NCBI RefSeq assembly: GCF_964213995.1
Contig: NC_135804.1
Coordinates: 57,908,001-57,972,000 of the forward strand
DNA: 64,000 bases
Source: Mustelus asterias
Taxonomy: Eukaryota
Reading direction: 5' to 3'
Shown: positions 47,868 to 62,634 of the stretch, piece by piece
How the letters are laid out: each line of letters opens with the position of its first letter
How positions within the stretch are numbered: position 1 is the stretch's first letter
Made by a program: the position numbers and the translations under genes
Notes under the pieces: generated by a model
What the model saw: the letters and a program-made list of their open reading frames with translations, nothing else
What the model was told of the DNA's origin: nothing
The model's database searches: none

Positions 47868-50800
47868 CTGGGTTACATTTGAACTGGAGGGGGACTAACA
47901 TCCTGGCGGGGAGATTTGCGAGAGCCACTCGGGAGGGTTTAAACTAGTTTGGCAGGGGGGTGGGATCCAAAGCAGTAGGGAGACAGAAGAGAAGTTTGAG
48001 GACAGCACGGAAGTTAAAGAGAGCACATGAATTAGTAAAGGCAGTGTCAGTAATCCTAGTACCAGACAGATCAGACAGAAGCAAGACAGAGAGCAAGGGA
48101 AGTCCAGATTAAACTGCATTTATTTCAATGCAAGATGCCTGACGGGCAAGGCAGGTGAACTCAGGGCATGGATGGGTACGTGGGACTGGGATATTATAGC
48201 AATTACTGAAACATGGCTAAGGGAGGGACAGGACTGGCAGCTTAATGTTCCAGGGCACAGATGCTATAGGAAAGATAGAACAGGAGGTGAGAGAGGAGGG
48301 TGAGTTGCACTTTTGATTAGGAAAGCATCACGGCCATACTGAGAGGGGATATATCCGAGGGTTCAGCCACTGAGTCTATATGGGTAGAACTGAGAAATAA
48401 GAAGGGGGAAATCACTTTGATAGGGTTGTACTATAGGCCCCCAAATAGTCAGCGGGAAATTGAGGAGCAAATATGTAAGGGGATTACAGATAGCTCCAAG
48501 AAAAATAGGGTGGTAATAGTCGGAGATTTTAATTTTCCCAACATTGACTGGGACTGCCATAGTATTAGAGGGTTGGATGGAGAGAAATTTGTTGAGTGTA
48601 TTCAGGAGGAATTTCTCATTCAGTATGTGGATGGCCCGACTAGAGAGGGGCAAAACTTGACCTCCTCTTGGGAAATAAGGAAGGGCAGGTGACAGAAGTG
48701 TTAGTGAGGGATCACTTTGGGACCAGTGACCATAATTCTATTAGTTTTCAGATAGCTATGGAGAATGATAGGTCTGTCCCAAAAGTTAATATTCTAAATT
48801 GGGGCAAGGCCAATTTTGATGGTATCAGGCAGGTACCTTCAAAAGTTAATTGGGGGAGTCTGTGGGAAGGAAAAGGGACGTCTGGTAAATGGCATGCTTT
48901 CAAAAGTGTGTTAACCAGTGTTCAGGGTAAACACATTCCTCTTAGAGTGAAGGGCAAGGCTGGCAGAAGTCGGGAACCCTGGATGACTCAGGATATTGAG
49001 GCCCTGGTCAAGAAGAAGAAAGAGGCACATGATGTGCATAGGCAGCTGGGATCAAGTGAATCTCTTGAAGAGTATAGGGGGTGTAGGAGTAGAGTTAAGA
49101 GAGAAATCAGGAGGGCAAAAAGGGGACACGAAATTGTTTTGGCAGATAAGGCAAAGGAGAATCCAAAGAGTTTCTACAAATACATAAAGAGCAAAAGAGT
49201 AACAAGGGAGAGAGTAGGGCCCCTTAAGGATCAACAAGGTCATCTATGTGAGATCCTAAATGAATATTTCTCATCAGTATTTACTGTTGAGAAAAGCATG
49301 GATGTTAGGGAACTTGGGGAATTAAATATTGATGTCTTGAGGAGTGTACATATTACAGAGAAGGAGGTGCTGGAAGTCTTAAAGCGCATCAAGGTAGATA
49401 AATCTGCGGGACCTGATGAGGTATATCCCAGGACGTTGTGGGAGGCTAGGGAGGAAATTGCGGGTCCCCTAGCCGAGATATTTGAATCATCGATAGTCAC
49501 GGGTGAGGTGCCTGAAGATTGGAGAGTGGCAAATGCTGTACCTTTGTTTAAAAAGGGCTGCAGGGAAAAGCCTGGGAACTACAGGCCAGTGAGCCTCACA
49601 TCTGTGGTGGGTAAATTGTTGGAAGGTATTTTGAGAGATAGGATCTACAGGCATTTAGAGATGCAAGGACTGATTAGGGACAGTCAGCATGGCTTTGTGA
49701 GTGGAAAATCATGTCTCACAAATTTGAGTGAGTTTTTTGAAGGGGTAACCAAGAAGGTAGATGAGGGCAGTGCAGTTGATGTTGTCTACATGGACTTTAG
49801 CAAGGCCTTTGACAAGGTACCGCATGGTAGGTTGTTGCATAAAGTTCAATCTCACGGGATCCAGGGTGAGGAATCTAAATGGATACAAAATTGGCTTCTG
49901 GGTGGTTTTCAAACTGGAGACCTGTGACCAGCAGTGTGCCTCAGGGATGAGTGCTGGGCCCACTGTTATTTGTCATTTATATTAATGATTTGGATGAGAA
50001 TATAGGGGGCATGGTTAGTAAGTTTGCAGATGACACCAAGATTGGTGGCATGGTGGACAGTGAGGAAGGTTATCTCCAATTGCAGCGGGATCTTGATCAA
50101 TTGGACCAGTGGGCTGACGAATGGCAGATGGAGTTTAATTTAGACAAATGCGAGGTGATGCATTTTGGTAGATTGAACCAGGGCAGGACTTACTCAATTA
50201 ATGGTAGGGCGTTGGGGAGAGTTACAGAACAAAGAGATCTAGGGGTACATGTTCATAGCTCCTTGAGAGTGGAGTCACAGGTGGACAGAGTGGTGAAGAA
50301 GGCATTCGGCATGCTTGGTTTCATCAGTCAGAACATTGAATACAGGAGTTGGGACGTCTTGTTGAAGTTGTACAAGATATTGGTACGGCCACACTTGGAA
50401 TACTGTGTGCAATTCTGGTCACCCTATTATAGAAAGGATTTTATTAAACTAGAAAGAGTGCAGAAAATATTTACTAGGATGCTACCGGGACTTGATGGAT
50501 TGAGTTATAAGGAGAGGCTGAATAGACTGGGACTTTTTTCTCTGGAGCGTAGGAGGCTGAGGGGTGACCTTATAGAGGTCTATAAAATAATGAGGGACAT
50601 AGATAAGGTAGATAGTCAATATCTTTTCCCAAAGGTAGGGGAGTTTAAAACTCGAGGGCACAGGTTTAAGGTGCGAGGGGAGAGATACAGAAGTGTCCAG
50701 AGGAGCAGTTTTTTTCACACAGTGGGTGGTGAGTGTCTGGAATAAGCTGCCAGAGGTAGTAGTAGAGGCGGGTACAATTTTATCTTTTAAAAAGCATTTA

Positions 50801-50947
50801 GATAGTTACATGGGTACGATGGGTATAGAGGGATATGGGCCAAATGTGGGCAATTGGGATTAGTTTAGGGGTTTAAAAAAAAAGGGCGGCATGGACAAGT
50901 TGGGCCGAAGGGCCTGTTTCCATGCTGTAAACCTCTATGACTCTATG
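47868..50947 (+). mobile_element. Long CR1 LINE: ORF1 esterase C-terminus plus near-complete frameshifted ORF2 (APE endonuclease + RT) and 3' tail
   Basis: GLHLNWRGTNILAGRFARATREGLN* (SGNH-type ORF1 end), IAITETW, YYRPP, VGDFNFPNIDW, SDH, then RT; tail ctctatgactctatg. Appears to sit inside a GC-rich MITE remnant. Confidence 0.95.
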
Positions 50948-53829
50948 CCTCTCTCTGTCTGACGTCTGCTGCTGCAATTGCACATGTGGAGCCACAGAGG
51001 TCTGCACATGTGCAATAGCTCCTTCTGCTACTAGACCAAGCTGGCTTGTGAATTATGTCTTGCCTGCTGCCTCTAATGCCTAGGAATGGTCTAGCCCATT
51101 ATTTCGTGCACTATGTGCATAAGATTGGGAGTAAATTCTCATCCAAAAAACGCATCTGAAACTCTCCCATGTTCACGCTGGCCTCCAGTGTGTGTTGAAG
51201 CCAGACCTTAGCTGCCACTCTCTGAGAAGCAAGTCTGTTGTGAGCTTTCCCCTAGAGTAGCGGGGCATTGTGTGATAATATTACTGGAAATCTTTAGATT
51301 AAAAAATCTATAAAAACTGTTACCATCAAAAGGGGGTTTTAACTATGAGTTCATGTAATCTAATATATTTAAGGAAATGTTTGTAAAGTACAGTTAATTG
51401 TAATTGTGTTAGAACCATAGAATCCCGACACTACAGAGGAGGCTGTTTGGCCCATCGAGCCTGCACCGACAACAATCCCATTCAGGCCCTATCCCTGTAA
51501 CCCCACGCATTTACCCTATTACTCCCCCTGACAATAAGGGGCAAATTAGCATGGCCAGTCCACCTAACCCACACATCTTGACATGGGGAGAATTTGCAAA
51601 CTTCACAGAGACAGTCACCCAAGGCCGGAATTGAACCCAGGTCTCTGGCACTATGAGGCAACAATGCTAACCACTGTGCCCCTTCTTGTGTCTTTAAATG
51701 ATATTTGCTTTTTTTAATAAAAGTTTACATTGAATAATTGAAATCATCACAAGTGGTCAAGGATTTACTTCTCCTGACTTCATATAACTCCACATAATAT
51801 ACAAATTGCAAACTGTTTTGGCAGCTTGTTCCAAGTTTCCCTTTGAGTTTTGGGCAGTCTGACACTTACCATCTGCCATGTCATAACACAGCTGAAGATG
51901 ACTGAGCTTAGGGCACTATCCCAATGAACTTCTACAGCCAAGTGCTGGGGCTGAGGTGATTCGCCTCTAACAACCACAGCCACCTTTATCAATGCAAAAG
52001 CAACTTTCTGCAATCAAAACACAAAATGTTGAAAAATCTCAGCAACAATGGCAGCATCTGTGTGGAGAGAAACAGAGCAAAGTATTCTACTCTACTACTC
52101 TATTATGCCTCGACTACTATTAGTAGTGGTAGTGATGGGTGACATTTTGTCTTTTAAAAAGCATTTGGACAGTTACATTGGTCAGATTGATATAGAGGGA
52201 TATGGGCCAAATGCAATTGGGACTAGATTAATGGTAAAAATTGGGCAGCATGGCCAAGTTGGGCCAAAGGACCAGTTTCCATGCTGTAAACCTCTATGAC
52301 ACTATGACCATATGACTCTATTCAGAGTCATCAGATGAAAGGTCATCAAGCTGAAATGTTAAATCTGTTTCTCATTCCACAGAAGCTGCAAAACCTGCTG
52401 AGTATTTCCAGCATCTTCTGTTTTTAGTATCCCCAACAATCTTTCTTTGTGCTAGGTATGACTCCAGCCAATGGAGAGTTTTCCACCAATTCCCAATGAC
52501 TTCAGTTTCACTAGGGATCTTTGATACCATAATCAGTCAAATGCAGCCTTGTTGTTGAAAGCAACCATTCTCACCCTACGTCTGGAAGTTATCTTTTTTG
52601 TCACATGTTTAGATAAAGGTTGTAATGAAATCTATAGCTGAGTGGGTCTAGCAGAACCAAAGCTGCGCAGGTTATTGGTGAGTGCCACTTGATAGCTCTG
52701 TTAACAATGCCTTTTATCATTGCTAATGATTGAGAATAGACTGATGCAGCAGTAATTACCTGGACTGGTTTTGTTATGCCTTTTGTGGATAGCAAATACC
52801 TGGTAATTTTCCACATTGTGAGCTAGATGTCAGTGTTATAGCTTTACTGAAGCAGTGGTCGTTCGGTTAACAGATGCATGCTTGAAATGCATAACTCTGT
52901 AAATAAATGTTTATGAACGTGTAAAGATTGGCTCCAGTTTTAACCTTCAGCAACTGACTTTCTGGAACATAACATTGATGAGGATGCTCATGGACCTTCC
53001 TCCTCCCGTTAGTTATTTAATTGTCCTTTACTATTTATGACTGGATGTGTAGGACTGTAGAGCTTTGATCTGATCCACTAGCTATGAGTTTGTTTAGCTT
53101 TTCTACAGCAGTTGATCTGTCTAGATATCCACATAGTTGCCATTCACTCAGCTTTGAATCCATGTAGGAAAGTGTTATTCAGATTGGCTCACAGTGGGCT
53201 ACTGGAATACTGTTCTTGATTTTTTTAACGCTTGTACTAGTATTGGCTTTTAACGCTTCTTTGTTAAGCAAGGAAAGATGATTCAATTTTAAAGTCATGA
53301 TCATTGAACGATTGAACTGAGACTAATTTTCAGCATGCAGCGATCACTTGTTTAACAAGGGATCTTAATTGAAACATTCCATACATTCCATTGCATACTG
53401 ATTTCTATGTTTCACAGGGCTGTAACCTCTGATAATTGGCAGATGTTACAAGATACTCCACCAAAAGGAAACCACCTAGGGAAATATTATCTTTTTCATT
53501 AAGATATCATCAGAATGGGAAATTTGCTGAGGCTAAATGGTATATAATCAAATACATACTTTTAATTAAAGCTTTTACATGGTGGAATAGCAGTTATATA
53601 ACAAGAACCAACATTATTGGTAAGACGACAAAGCAAGAGTGTTATATGATCTCATTAGCGCAAAGGTAAAATAAGTCATTCGTAAAGAACTCAGCTTTTT
53701 AACTGAAGTTATTGTAAAAGTATAAACTTTCAAATCATCATGTCATTGGAGTAAGAAGAATATATAAAATGCAGACTACAATGTGTACTTGATAGGCCTA
53801 AGATATTGGGCCTAGAACTGTGATACATG

Positions 53830-54910
53830 TTTTTATTATTCATTCATGTGGGATGTGTGTGCCAAGCCAGCATTTATTGCCCATACCAAATTGCCCTTGA
53901 GAAGGTGGTGATGAGTCGCCTTCTTGAACTGTTGCAGTCCATGTAGTGTAGGTACACCCACACTGACTCAGTGACAGTGAAGGAATGGCGATATATTTCC
54001 CAGTCAGGATGGTGAGTGCTTTGGATGGGAACTTCCAAGTGTTTGCTGCTCTTGTCCTTCTAGATGGTATCCATCGTGGGTTTGGAAAATATTTTCTGAG
54101 GTGGGTTGGTGAGTTCCTGCAGTGCATCTTGTAGATGGTACACACTGCGGCCACTGTGCATTGGAGGGAGTGAATGCTTGTTGATGGGGTGCCAATCAAA
54201 CAGGCTGCTTTGTCCTGGATGGTGTCAAGCTTCCTGAGTGTTGTTAGAACTGCACTCATCACAGCAAGTATAGAGTATTCCATAACACTCCTGACTCATG
54301 CCTTGTGGATGGTGAGCAGGCTTTGAGGAGTCAGGAGGTGAGTTACTTGCTGCTGGATTCCTAGGATCTGACCTGCACTGAGAGCCACAATATTTATATG
54401 GCTGGTCCAGTTGACTTTCTGGTCAATGGTAACCCCCAGGGTGTTGATTGTGGGGATTCAGTGATGATAATGCCATTGAATGTCAAGGGCCGATGATTAG
54501 ATTCTCTCTTGTTGGAAATTGTCATTGCCTGGCACTTGTGTGGCACAAATGTGCAGCACAATGGCACAATTAGCACTGCTGCCTCACAGCACCGGGGACC
54601 CGGATTCAATTCCGGCCTCATGTGACTGTGTGGAGTTTGCACATTCTCGCCATGTCTGCGTGTGTTTCCTCCAGGTGCTCTGGTTGCCTCCCACAGTCCA
54701 AAGATGTGCAGATTAAGTTGACTGGCTATGCTAAATTGACCATTAGTGTCAGGAGGATTAGCAGGGTGATATGTGGGGTTATGGGGATAGGGCCTGGCTG
54801 GGATTGTTGTCGGTGCGGCTCAATGGGCCGAATGGCCTCCTTCTGAATGTAGGGATTCTATGATTCTCTGAAATGTCACTTGCCACTTGTCAGCCCAAGC
54901 CTAGATATTG
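53830..54910 (-). mobile_element. LINE 3' fragment with a nested SINE (~54553-54870, +)
   Basis: MEYSILAVMSAVLTTLRKLDTIQDKAACLIG; LINE sequence resumes after the SINE. Confidence 0.8.
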
Positions 54911-55848
54911 CATTTGAGACCTCAATAATCAATAATGGCAGTAAGTACTATCTTTGAAGTGTATGTTTGAGTATTATTGCACGTAATTTATGCTTAATAA
55001 GCCTTTGAATGTTTGATATCAGTATTTCCGGAGCTTTATGGGTTTTAAACAATAGGTAAAATATTTAATCATAAATAAAATCATATCCCAACACCCTTAG
55101 GAATGCTGCCAGCATGTGAATGTTCTGTACTTTCTTAAAGGACACTTTCGTTCCATATGAAACATAATTATAAAAACCGTGTCTGTAACTTACTTGATTC
55201 ATCCGTATATTGAAGATGGGCTGAACTGATTGGTTTCTTTTGCAAGGATGCAATGTTGTAAAAACCTTCGCCATGCACAAGAAAACCACCCCTGTTCTAC
55301 ATGATGGCTGTTGAGCCCATGGTAGGTGGTATTGTTTTCTGGCAACCTGTCTTATGATGAAATCATGCTGAAGACTGGTCTTCTTTGACACATGTAGGTA
55401 GGACTTCAAGGAGCATTTTGTATTTATTCACCAACATGTCTTAGAATCCCTACAGTGCAGAGGAAGCCATTCAGCCGAATAAGCCTGCACCAATAACAAC
55501 CCACCCTATCTCTAACCCCACATATAACCCTGTCAATCCCCTGACACTAAGAAGCAAATTACTTCATAAATTAATTCCCAATTTATCCATTTAGCATGGT
55601 ACTGGTGCCACTTAACACAATGGAGGGTATGGTCAATGTGAAGGTGGGACTTTGTCTCCACAATGTCAAGGGGTGTCTTTGGTCACTCCTACGCACACCA
55701 TCATGAAGAGGTGCATCTCTGAACAGTAGATTCGTGAGGTTGAGGTCAAGTGGAGTTTCGCTCTTGTTTTTCTCTCTCCACCTGTTGCAAGCCCAGTCCG
55801 GCAGTTATGAGGGACCTGATCAAATGCCTTCTGCCAATCCATATTTAT

Positions 55849-57517
55849 TATATTTTCCCCATTGAGAACTATAGCACAACATTAACAGTAATTAACAGTT
55901 CTGAAGAAGAGTCTACAGACTCGAAACATTAACTTTGTTTTTGTTTCCATAGACCTGCTGCGTTTTTCCAACATTTTCTGTTTTTATTTCAGATTTCAAG
56001 TACCTGCAGTATTTTGCTTGTATTAAGAGTGATTCAAAGTCCTATATTCTGAATGAGCAATTAATGTTTCCTTTAACATTGGTTGTTTTGGCTTTGCCCA
56101 CATGCCCACACTAATTCGCTTTCACTAGTGTACCATCCAAAATAAATTTTCTACAGGTATCAAACTCTGTGATTAAAATATTAGGGAAGAATGTCCATAG
56201 ACATTTAGTCACTTCTTAAAATATTCACCTCTTCAAAATACTCAATCAGATTCATCATGCATGACCTATCCTTTATAAGCCCATAGTAGCTATCTTTGAT
56301 CAGCTAAAAACATTCAAAGTGATCAGTCGCTCTAGCTTTAACTATAGACAACAGCAATTTCCCAACAACATATGTTAGGTTAACTTGTCCATAATTCCCT
56401 TGTTTCCCTTTCACCTTTCTTCATTTTTTAGTTAAAAAAGATAGAATTAGAACAAACAATATGTTTTCCTTGTAGCCTGTCAAACACAGGAGCAATATTG
56501 CTCCACATATGAACTATCCATAATTCATTACCAAGACACCACGTTTACAACTAGAATGCACACTGGAAATGTTGCTCTGCTGCACTAAGGGGTTAAATTA
56601 AGAGCTGATGTTCAGGCAAAGCATAGATCCTGTTTATAATCCACAGTGTACTTGAGCTACAAATGCTAGATGGGACAATGTAGAAGGTGAAGTTCTCCCA
56701 TCTCCATTTAATCCATTCTATTGCTGATCTGGTAATGTTCTGAGAAATGGCTTTGGACAATTTGTACTGATCAGTTTGTTGTTACTTAATTACTTCAGTC
56801 CATGTCAATACCACAGAGGAAAAGTAGTTCCCTCCACATCTCCAAAAAAGTGCAGCGTGAATCATTTAACAGTGGTCCCATCTGCCGGAGTAAGAGGAAG
56901 CACGGCTAAAAATGTTTTGCACACTCTGCATTGAGGTTACTAGTCTTCCCTGGCAATTGAGGAAATGCTATGAAAACTGCTGACTTTCAAACTTTAGTCC
57001 TCGGATTTGGTACACTTGTTGTAATGTCCTATTATGCAATAATTTGTTGTTCCATGTTTCACATATTAATCAGCTTTAACACTGGTGTCCTAATATTAGC
57101 ACCTAAATCAGTGGCTTCAACTGTATCATTTAATTCCTGGAAACTCATTCTGGAGCAAAGGAAAAAGAACTCTTCCCTAATATTTTAATCGCAGAGTTTG
57201 ATACCCGTAGGAAGTTTATTTTGGGTGATACACTAGTGAAAATGAATTTGTATGGACATGTAGGCAAGGCACAAAGTCAAAGCAACCAATGTTAAAGGAA
57301 ACATTAATTACTCATTCTGAATATAGGACTTTGAATCACGGTTAATACAAGCAAAATACTGCAGGTGCTTGAAATCTGAATTAAAAGCAGCAAATGTTGG
57401 AAAAACTCAGCAGGTCTGTGAGAGAAGAACTGAGTTAATGCTTTGAGTCTGTAGACTTCTTCAGAACTATTAATTACTGTTAATATTGTGCTATATTTTG
57501 CAATGGGGAAAATATAC
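55849..57517. repeat. ~260-bp diverged inverted repeat (~55849-56110 and ~57255-57517) containing a Penelope-type end
   Basis: For example gtgattcaaagtcctatattctgaatgagcaattaatgtttcctttaacattggttg matches the reverse complement of ~57276-57340 with few mismatches. Confidence 0.85.
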
Positions 57518-59199
57518 AAGACAACAGGGGAAGTTAAGCTTATAAAAATGCACAAGTCAGAGGTTGGGTCACAAGATTTCTATCCCCATATCCCATACAA
57601 CATCCATGCAAAGGGATTTGACAAGAGAGAAATACAGCTGATGGTTTTCGACAAGTATTGGTATATAACATCATGCTGCATAGGAGAGTGAATAAGGAAG
57701 ATAAGACAATCCTGTCAATACTGTATTAAATGACAACTAAGTGATTGTGGTAATTGCATATAGGCCCTAATAATGGTAGCAATATGAATTGTGAAGAATT
57801 GAAAAGTAATTGTTTTGTGATGGGTAAGTTTTTAAGTTTATTTATTAATTTCACAAGTAGGCTTACATAAAACTCTGATATGAAGTTACTGTGAAAATCC
57901 CCTAGTCACCACACTCTGGCACCAGTTCAGGTACACTAATGGAGAATTTAGCATGGCCAATGCACCTAACCAGCATGTCTTTCAGACTATGGGAGGAAAC
58001 CAGAGCACATGGAGGAAACCCACACAGACACAGGGATATCGTGCAGACTCCGCAAAGACAGTGATCCAAGTCAGGAATCGAAGCTGGGTCCCTAGCACTG
58101 TGAGGCAGCCATGCTAACCACTGTGCTGTTGTGCGGTACAGCTTTAGTCAACTCAAGAATATGGTGTTGTATTTGGACACTACTTGTGTCCGATTGGTTT
58201 GGGTGGGGAAGGGGTCTTTATACAGGGAAGTGGGTCATTTTAACCTCAGAGTAGTAGGAGAAGGAATTCCAAAGATAAAAATGATGAGGGAAGCAAATGA
58301 AACCACCTTTGTTACCTTTCCATCATATCAAGAATCTCATTGTCTGAGACTTGACTGGGGACTTGTTATGGAAACAGAGCAGATTTGGACACACCAAGGA
58401 TAAACTAAGGGATGTAGACTTTTAGAGGAAGAGGAAACAAGAGAATTATTGCTGAATATAGTGATACATAGCATGGGTGGAGAAACAGTGCCAATAAAAT
58501 GCAGTTCAATGCTAGGAGTATTCAGAGCACTGCTCCTTGAGCACTGCTCTTTAAGCACTGTGTGGGTGCTGCAAAGTAAGATGGTCTTGCACTATAAAAT
58601 CAGTTCATTCAAATAAACTTGTGGCAATCTCAGCACACAATGCATTATGCAAACAGATCATCCAACTTATTCGTATTCTCCTTCTCCAATTATTTCTGAA
58701 TGCTCTTAAGCTTAAAAGAAAATGGTAGATTAGTAGTATAAAAACAGGACGACTTGAGGGCAATTAGGGATGGGCAATAAATGTTGATCTTGCCAATGCC
58801 GCTGACATCCCATTTGTTTGCACAGGATTTTTCCACCCAATGTCCATAGACTTTTCGCTGCCTCTCCAAATTTTCTACCTCACCCACAAAGACTCCTGTT
58901 ACAGTTGGGACTGGAAAATCCCAGCAATTATTTTTATACAATTCACCATCATCCTCAGTTAAACTGTAGATAATTTCTGTTTAAAAATTGCAATCGAAGG
59001 TCAGACCATTATTGTAATGGCTCCAGTCACTTCCCTGCTAGTGTGATGATAGGATAGTAAAGATTTTCAGGGATTATGAACAGAGCTGTGATCTTACTTT
59101 TTAATAAAACTGTAATGATCTGAGCCAGGCTTTGATTAATTTAGCTAGAGGTCTCTAACACTCAACTGATGAAAAGAATAGCAAAAGGAAATAGAAACT

Positions 59200-59890
59200 A
59201 CTGAATGCTTTATTAACCATGCTCACAACCTGTCCTTGCCCCCTTCGATGACTTTAACATATAGATCCTCCGCTCCTGCACCCCTTTAGAATTGTACTCT
59301 TTATTTTATATTGTCTCTCCCTACTAGAACAAATCACTACACATTTCTCAGCATTGAACCCCATCTGCCACTTGTCCACATAGCTAGTGGATAGCATCAG
59401 ATTCTGGGCACCACTCTTTAGGAAGGATGTGAAGGCACTAGAGTGAGCACAGAAAAGATTCATGAGAATTGTTCCAGGGATGAGGAGCCTCATTTATGTA
59501 GGTAGATTGGAGAAATTGAATTTGGGACTATTTTCCTTGGAGAAGAGAAAGTTGAGAGGGATCTCAAATCATCAGGGGTCTGGACAGAATAGATAGAAAC
59601 TGTTACCGTTCATGAAAGCATCGTGAACAAGAGGGCATAGATTTAAAGTAATTGACAACAGAAGCAAAACTGATATAAAGAAAAACTTTTTCAGGCAGTG
59701 AGTGGTTAAAATCTGGAATGCATTGCCTGAGAATGTGGTGGAGGCAGATTCAATCGAAACTTTCAAAAGGGAATTAGACTTATCTGAAAAGGAAGAATGT
59801 GCAGGGTTACAGGTGAATGACACTCAGTGCATTGTACATTCAGAGAGCTGGCACAGACACATGGGTTGAATGGCCTTCTGCACTGTAACA
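59200..59890. mobile_element. CR1 fragment with an internal inversion (antisense ~59205-59380, sense ~59395-59890)
   Basis: VDKWQMGFNAEKC on the minus strand abuts a QFWAP.FRKDVKALE-like segment and the 3' UTR on the plus strand. Confidence 0.7.
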
Positions 59891-62554
59891 TTAAAATGAT
59901 AATGGAGCAGAAGATTGTAGACAATTGAGGAATTAATGGGAAAACTTTAGCAATAGTGAAGAATGGGAGTACTTGCAAAGGCTATATTAGACTATTGAAG
60001 GGTTTTCAAGGACAGGTTATAATGGGGCTGGCAGAACTATCAGATGAGTACCTCGCATTGGTCTTCAATCTTGAAGATGATGCTTGACTGCTAGAGTTTT
60101 AATGATAATGTTAATAATAAAACTAATAATATTAACATGGTTAAACATAGTGGCTGGAATTTTACCACCCCGCCCGCCAGGGGAATTGGAGTGGGCGACG
60201 GACGGACCATGGAAAGGTGACCTTGGGTGGGATTTTAAGGTTTCGGGACGAGCAAGGCTGTAAAATCCCGTCAATTGTTTTAGATAGAATTAAAAATCAG
60301 AAAATAAAACAGTTTATCTCTAAGGATTATTTAATTTTTAATCCTTTATGAGATGTAAGTGTAACTGACAAGGTCAGCATTTATTATCTATTTCCAATTT
60401 CCCTTGAGATAGTGGTAGGTAGTTGCGTTCTTGAACTGCTGCAGTCCATGGGGTGTAGTACATCTGTACTACAGTAAAGAAGGGAGTTCCAGGATTTTAA
60501 TCCATCTTCATCCATCCATGAAGGGCAACATGATTCCACATGTTAAAAAATATGTACTGTGGAAGCCCCCTTGCTATAGGATAGTTCTCAAAGACTGGAA
60601 GGAGGCTATTGTAGTCTCCATCTTTTATAAAAGGAAATAAGGTGGACCACAGTAATGATGGACCCATTAGTTTGACATCAGAATTCAGAAAAATGCTTAA
60701 TGCAGTCAGTCATTAGGGATGAAGGAAAGGATTACTTCAAAGAGGGTAACTTATTAGGAACACCCTGTATGACTTCAGAAAAAGGTATGTCTTACAAAGA
60801 AAGGACCTGTATTTACATACAACTTTAATGACCTCAGGCCCCACAGCATTCTGCAGCTAAGGGATAACTTTGCAGTGTGGCCACTGTTATAGTGTAACAA
60901 ACCAAGCAGTCAATTTGTTTACAGCAAGGTCCCATGATCAACAATCAGATAATGATCAGATTTTAGATCTGCTTTAGGGATTTTCATTGGGGACATTAAT
61001 GTGCTGAATCTTCCTGGTCCTGTGGAGGGAGTTTAAAGGCAAGACCAGAGTAAGCATTGAGATTAGGGTGTCAGCAGGCTATTCCTGCCTTTAGGCAATC
61101 TTGCCAGATGTGGATCATCAATGGCAGTGGCTGCCTACCTGGCAGCAGTGAATAGACAATAATTATCAATTAGGAAGCTAATGAGGGAGATGGAGAGCAT
61201 TCCACCAGCAGCTGCCTGATGAGTACTGATTTCAGAAGCACAATGGAGGCAGCCTTTCAATGCCAGGCCAGAGTGCCAGCAGAGCCAGAGGCTCCATGTC
61301 CCAATGACATGGTCATGTGCAGGACAGACTGTACCCATAGGCGGCCAGGCACACACCATCAGGGATGGCACCTGCCATGCGGAAGAATATTTTCTACGAT
61401 GGAAAGATTCTACCCAATATTGACCAGCATACCAGAGAGAAATCACCCACTCTTCGAATAGGGCTAAGGGATCATTTACCTGTAAGGACAGGTGGATGTG
61501 GCTGAATGTCTCATTCCAAAATTGGTACCTCTGACAGTGCAAAACCTCCTCAGTGCTACATTGAACTGTCAGCCTAGATTTTGTACTGAAATCTTTGGAG
61601 TGTGGCTTGAACCCCAGACCCCTGATTCAGGAACAGGAATATTACCACGGAACCACGCCTAACAATAAAGCAATACTGCATTTTGTGGGGGGCATTGGAG
61701 AGAAGTCACATTTTACTGTAATCACCCCAAAAAAACAGGAATTTAACAATAAAGATTGGTAAAATAAAGACTGATCTTAAAGGTTCCAACTAATTCAGTC
61801 ACCGAGCCAAATTTGCTCTGGATGGATGTCACATGAGATTTACAGCCTGGATTCTATGAAACAATCCAGGGTTACATTCACATGAACAAGAAACAGTGGG
61901 ATTCTAGTGACATGAAATGCAAGCAAAACTTCATCCCTTCCACTAGGGTTGCCAACTGTGATTAAATGTATTCCTGGAGACTTGATCCCACACAACAGCC
62001 ATTATTCAGCCAACACATCCATCCTTGTGACGCACTGCTTTCCTGCACCAATTGGAAAGCAAAAAGGCACATCACCCAATTGAATGATGCTGGATTGTCA
62101 ACCTTTCATTTCCCCCATTGTCAATATTTTTATATCTGGCACAGGGAAACGATCAAAGGATGTGACCAAAACTTTTTGAATGTCACTGTGATTTTTCTCC
62201 AGGGTCCTGGAGATCGATCTTGAATTTCTGCAGACTCCAGGCCAATCCTAGAGGGTTGGCAACCTTACCTTCTACCTACCCACTCTTGTTTGAGTCATTG
62301 AAGAGTCAGGTCAATGTGGTAACTGAGGCACAGCCCTTCCCACCTCACTTGATAGAGGATTCTTCTTTCTCTAACACACAAACGGTCTCAGCAAGGCTTT
62401 GGAAGTGCGGATGGTGGATGCCAGTGAACTTCTGGCAGACCCAGCGCTGAGTGGGTGACATTTTTAACCCACTCAATCACCATCGAAGAGGAACTTGTCC
62501 AGCGACGGGAGAGTTACTGTTATAGGAGGGACCCCTGGGTGAATCACGCCTCCC

Positions 62555-62590
62555 CTAATCCCCGCCCCCCCCCCCCATTTATATAAATAC
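62555..62590 (+). promoter_or_regulatory. GC box and TATA box of olfactomedin gene B
   Basis: cccgccccc at ~62561-62569, then tttatataaata at 62578-62589, ~50 nt upstream of ATG 62635. Confidence 0.7.
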
Positions 62591-62634
62591 TCATGTCTCT
62601 AGATAAGTTCCGCAACTAGAATTGGGTTGGAGCG

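Noticed and set aside
53418-53620. Plus-strand exon-like segment after a ttcacag acceptor
   Set aside because: Stops in all three frames from the acceptor and no recognisable homology.
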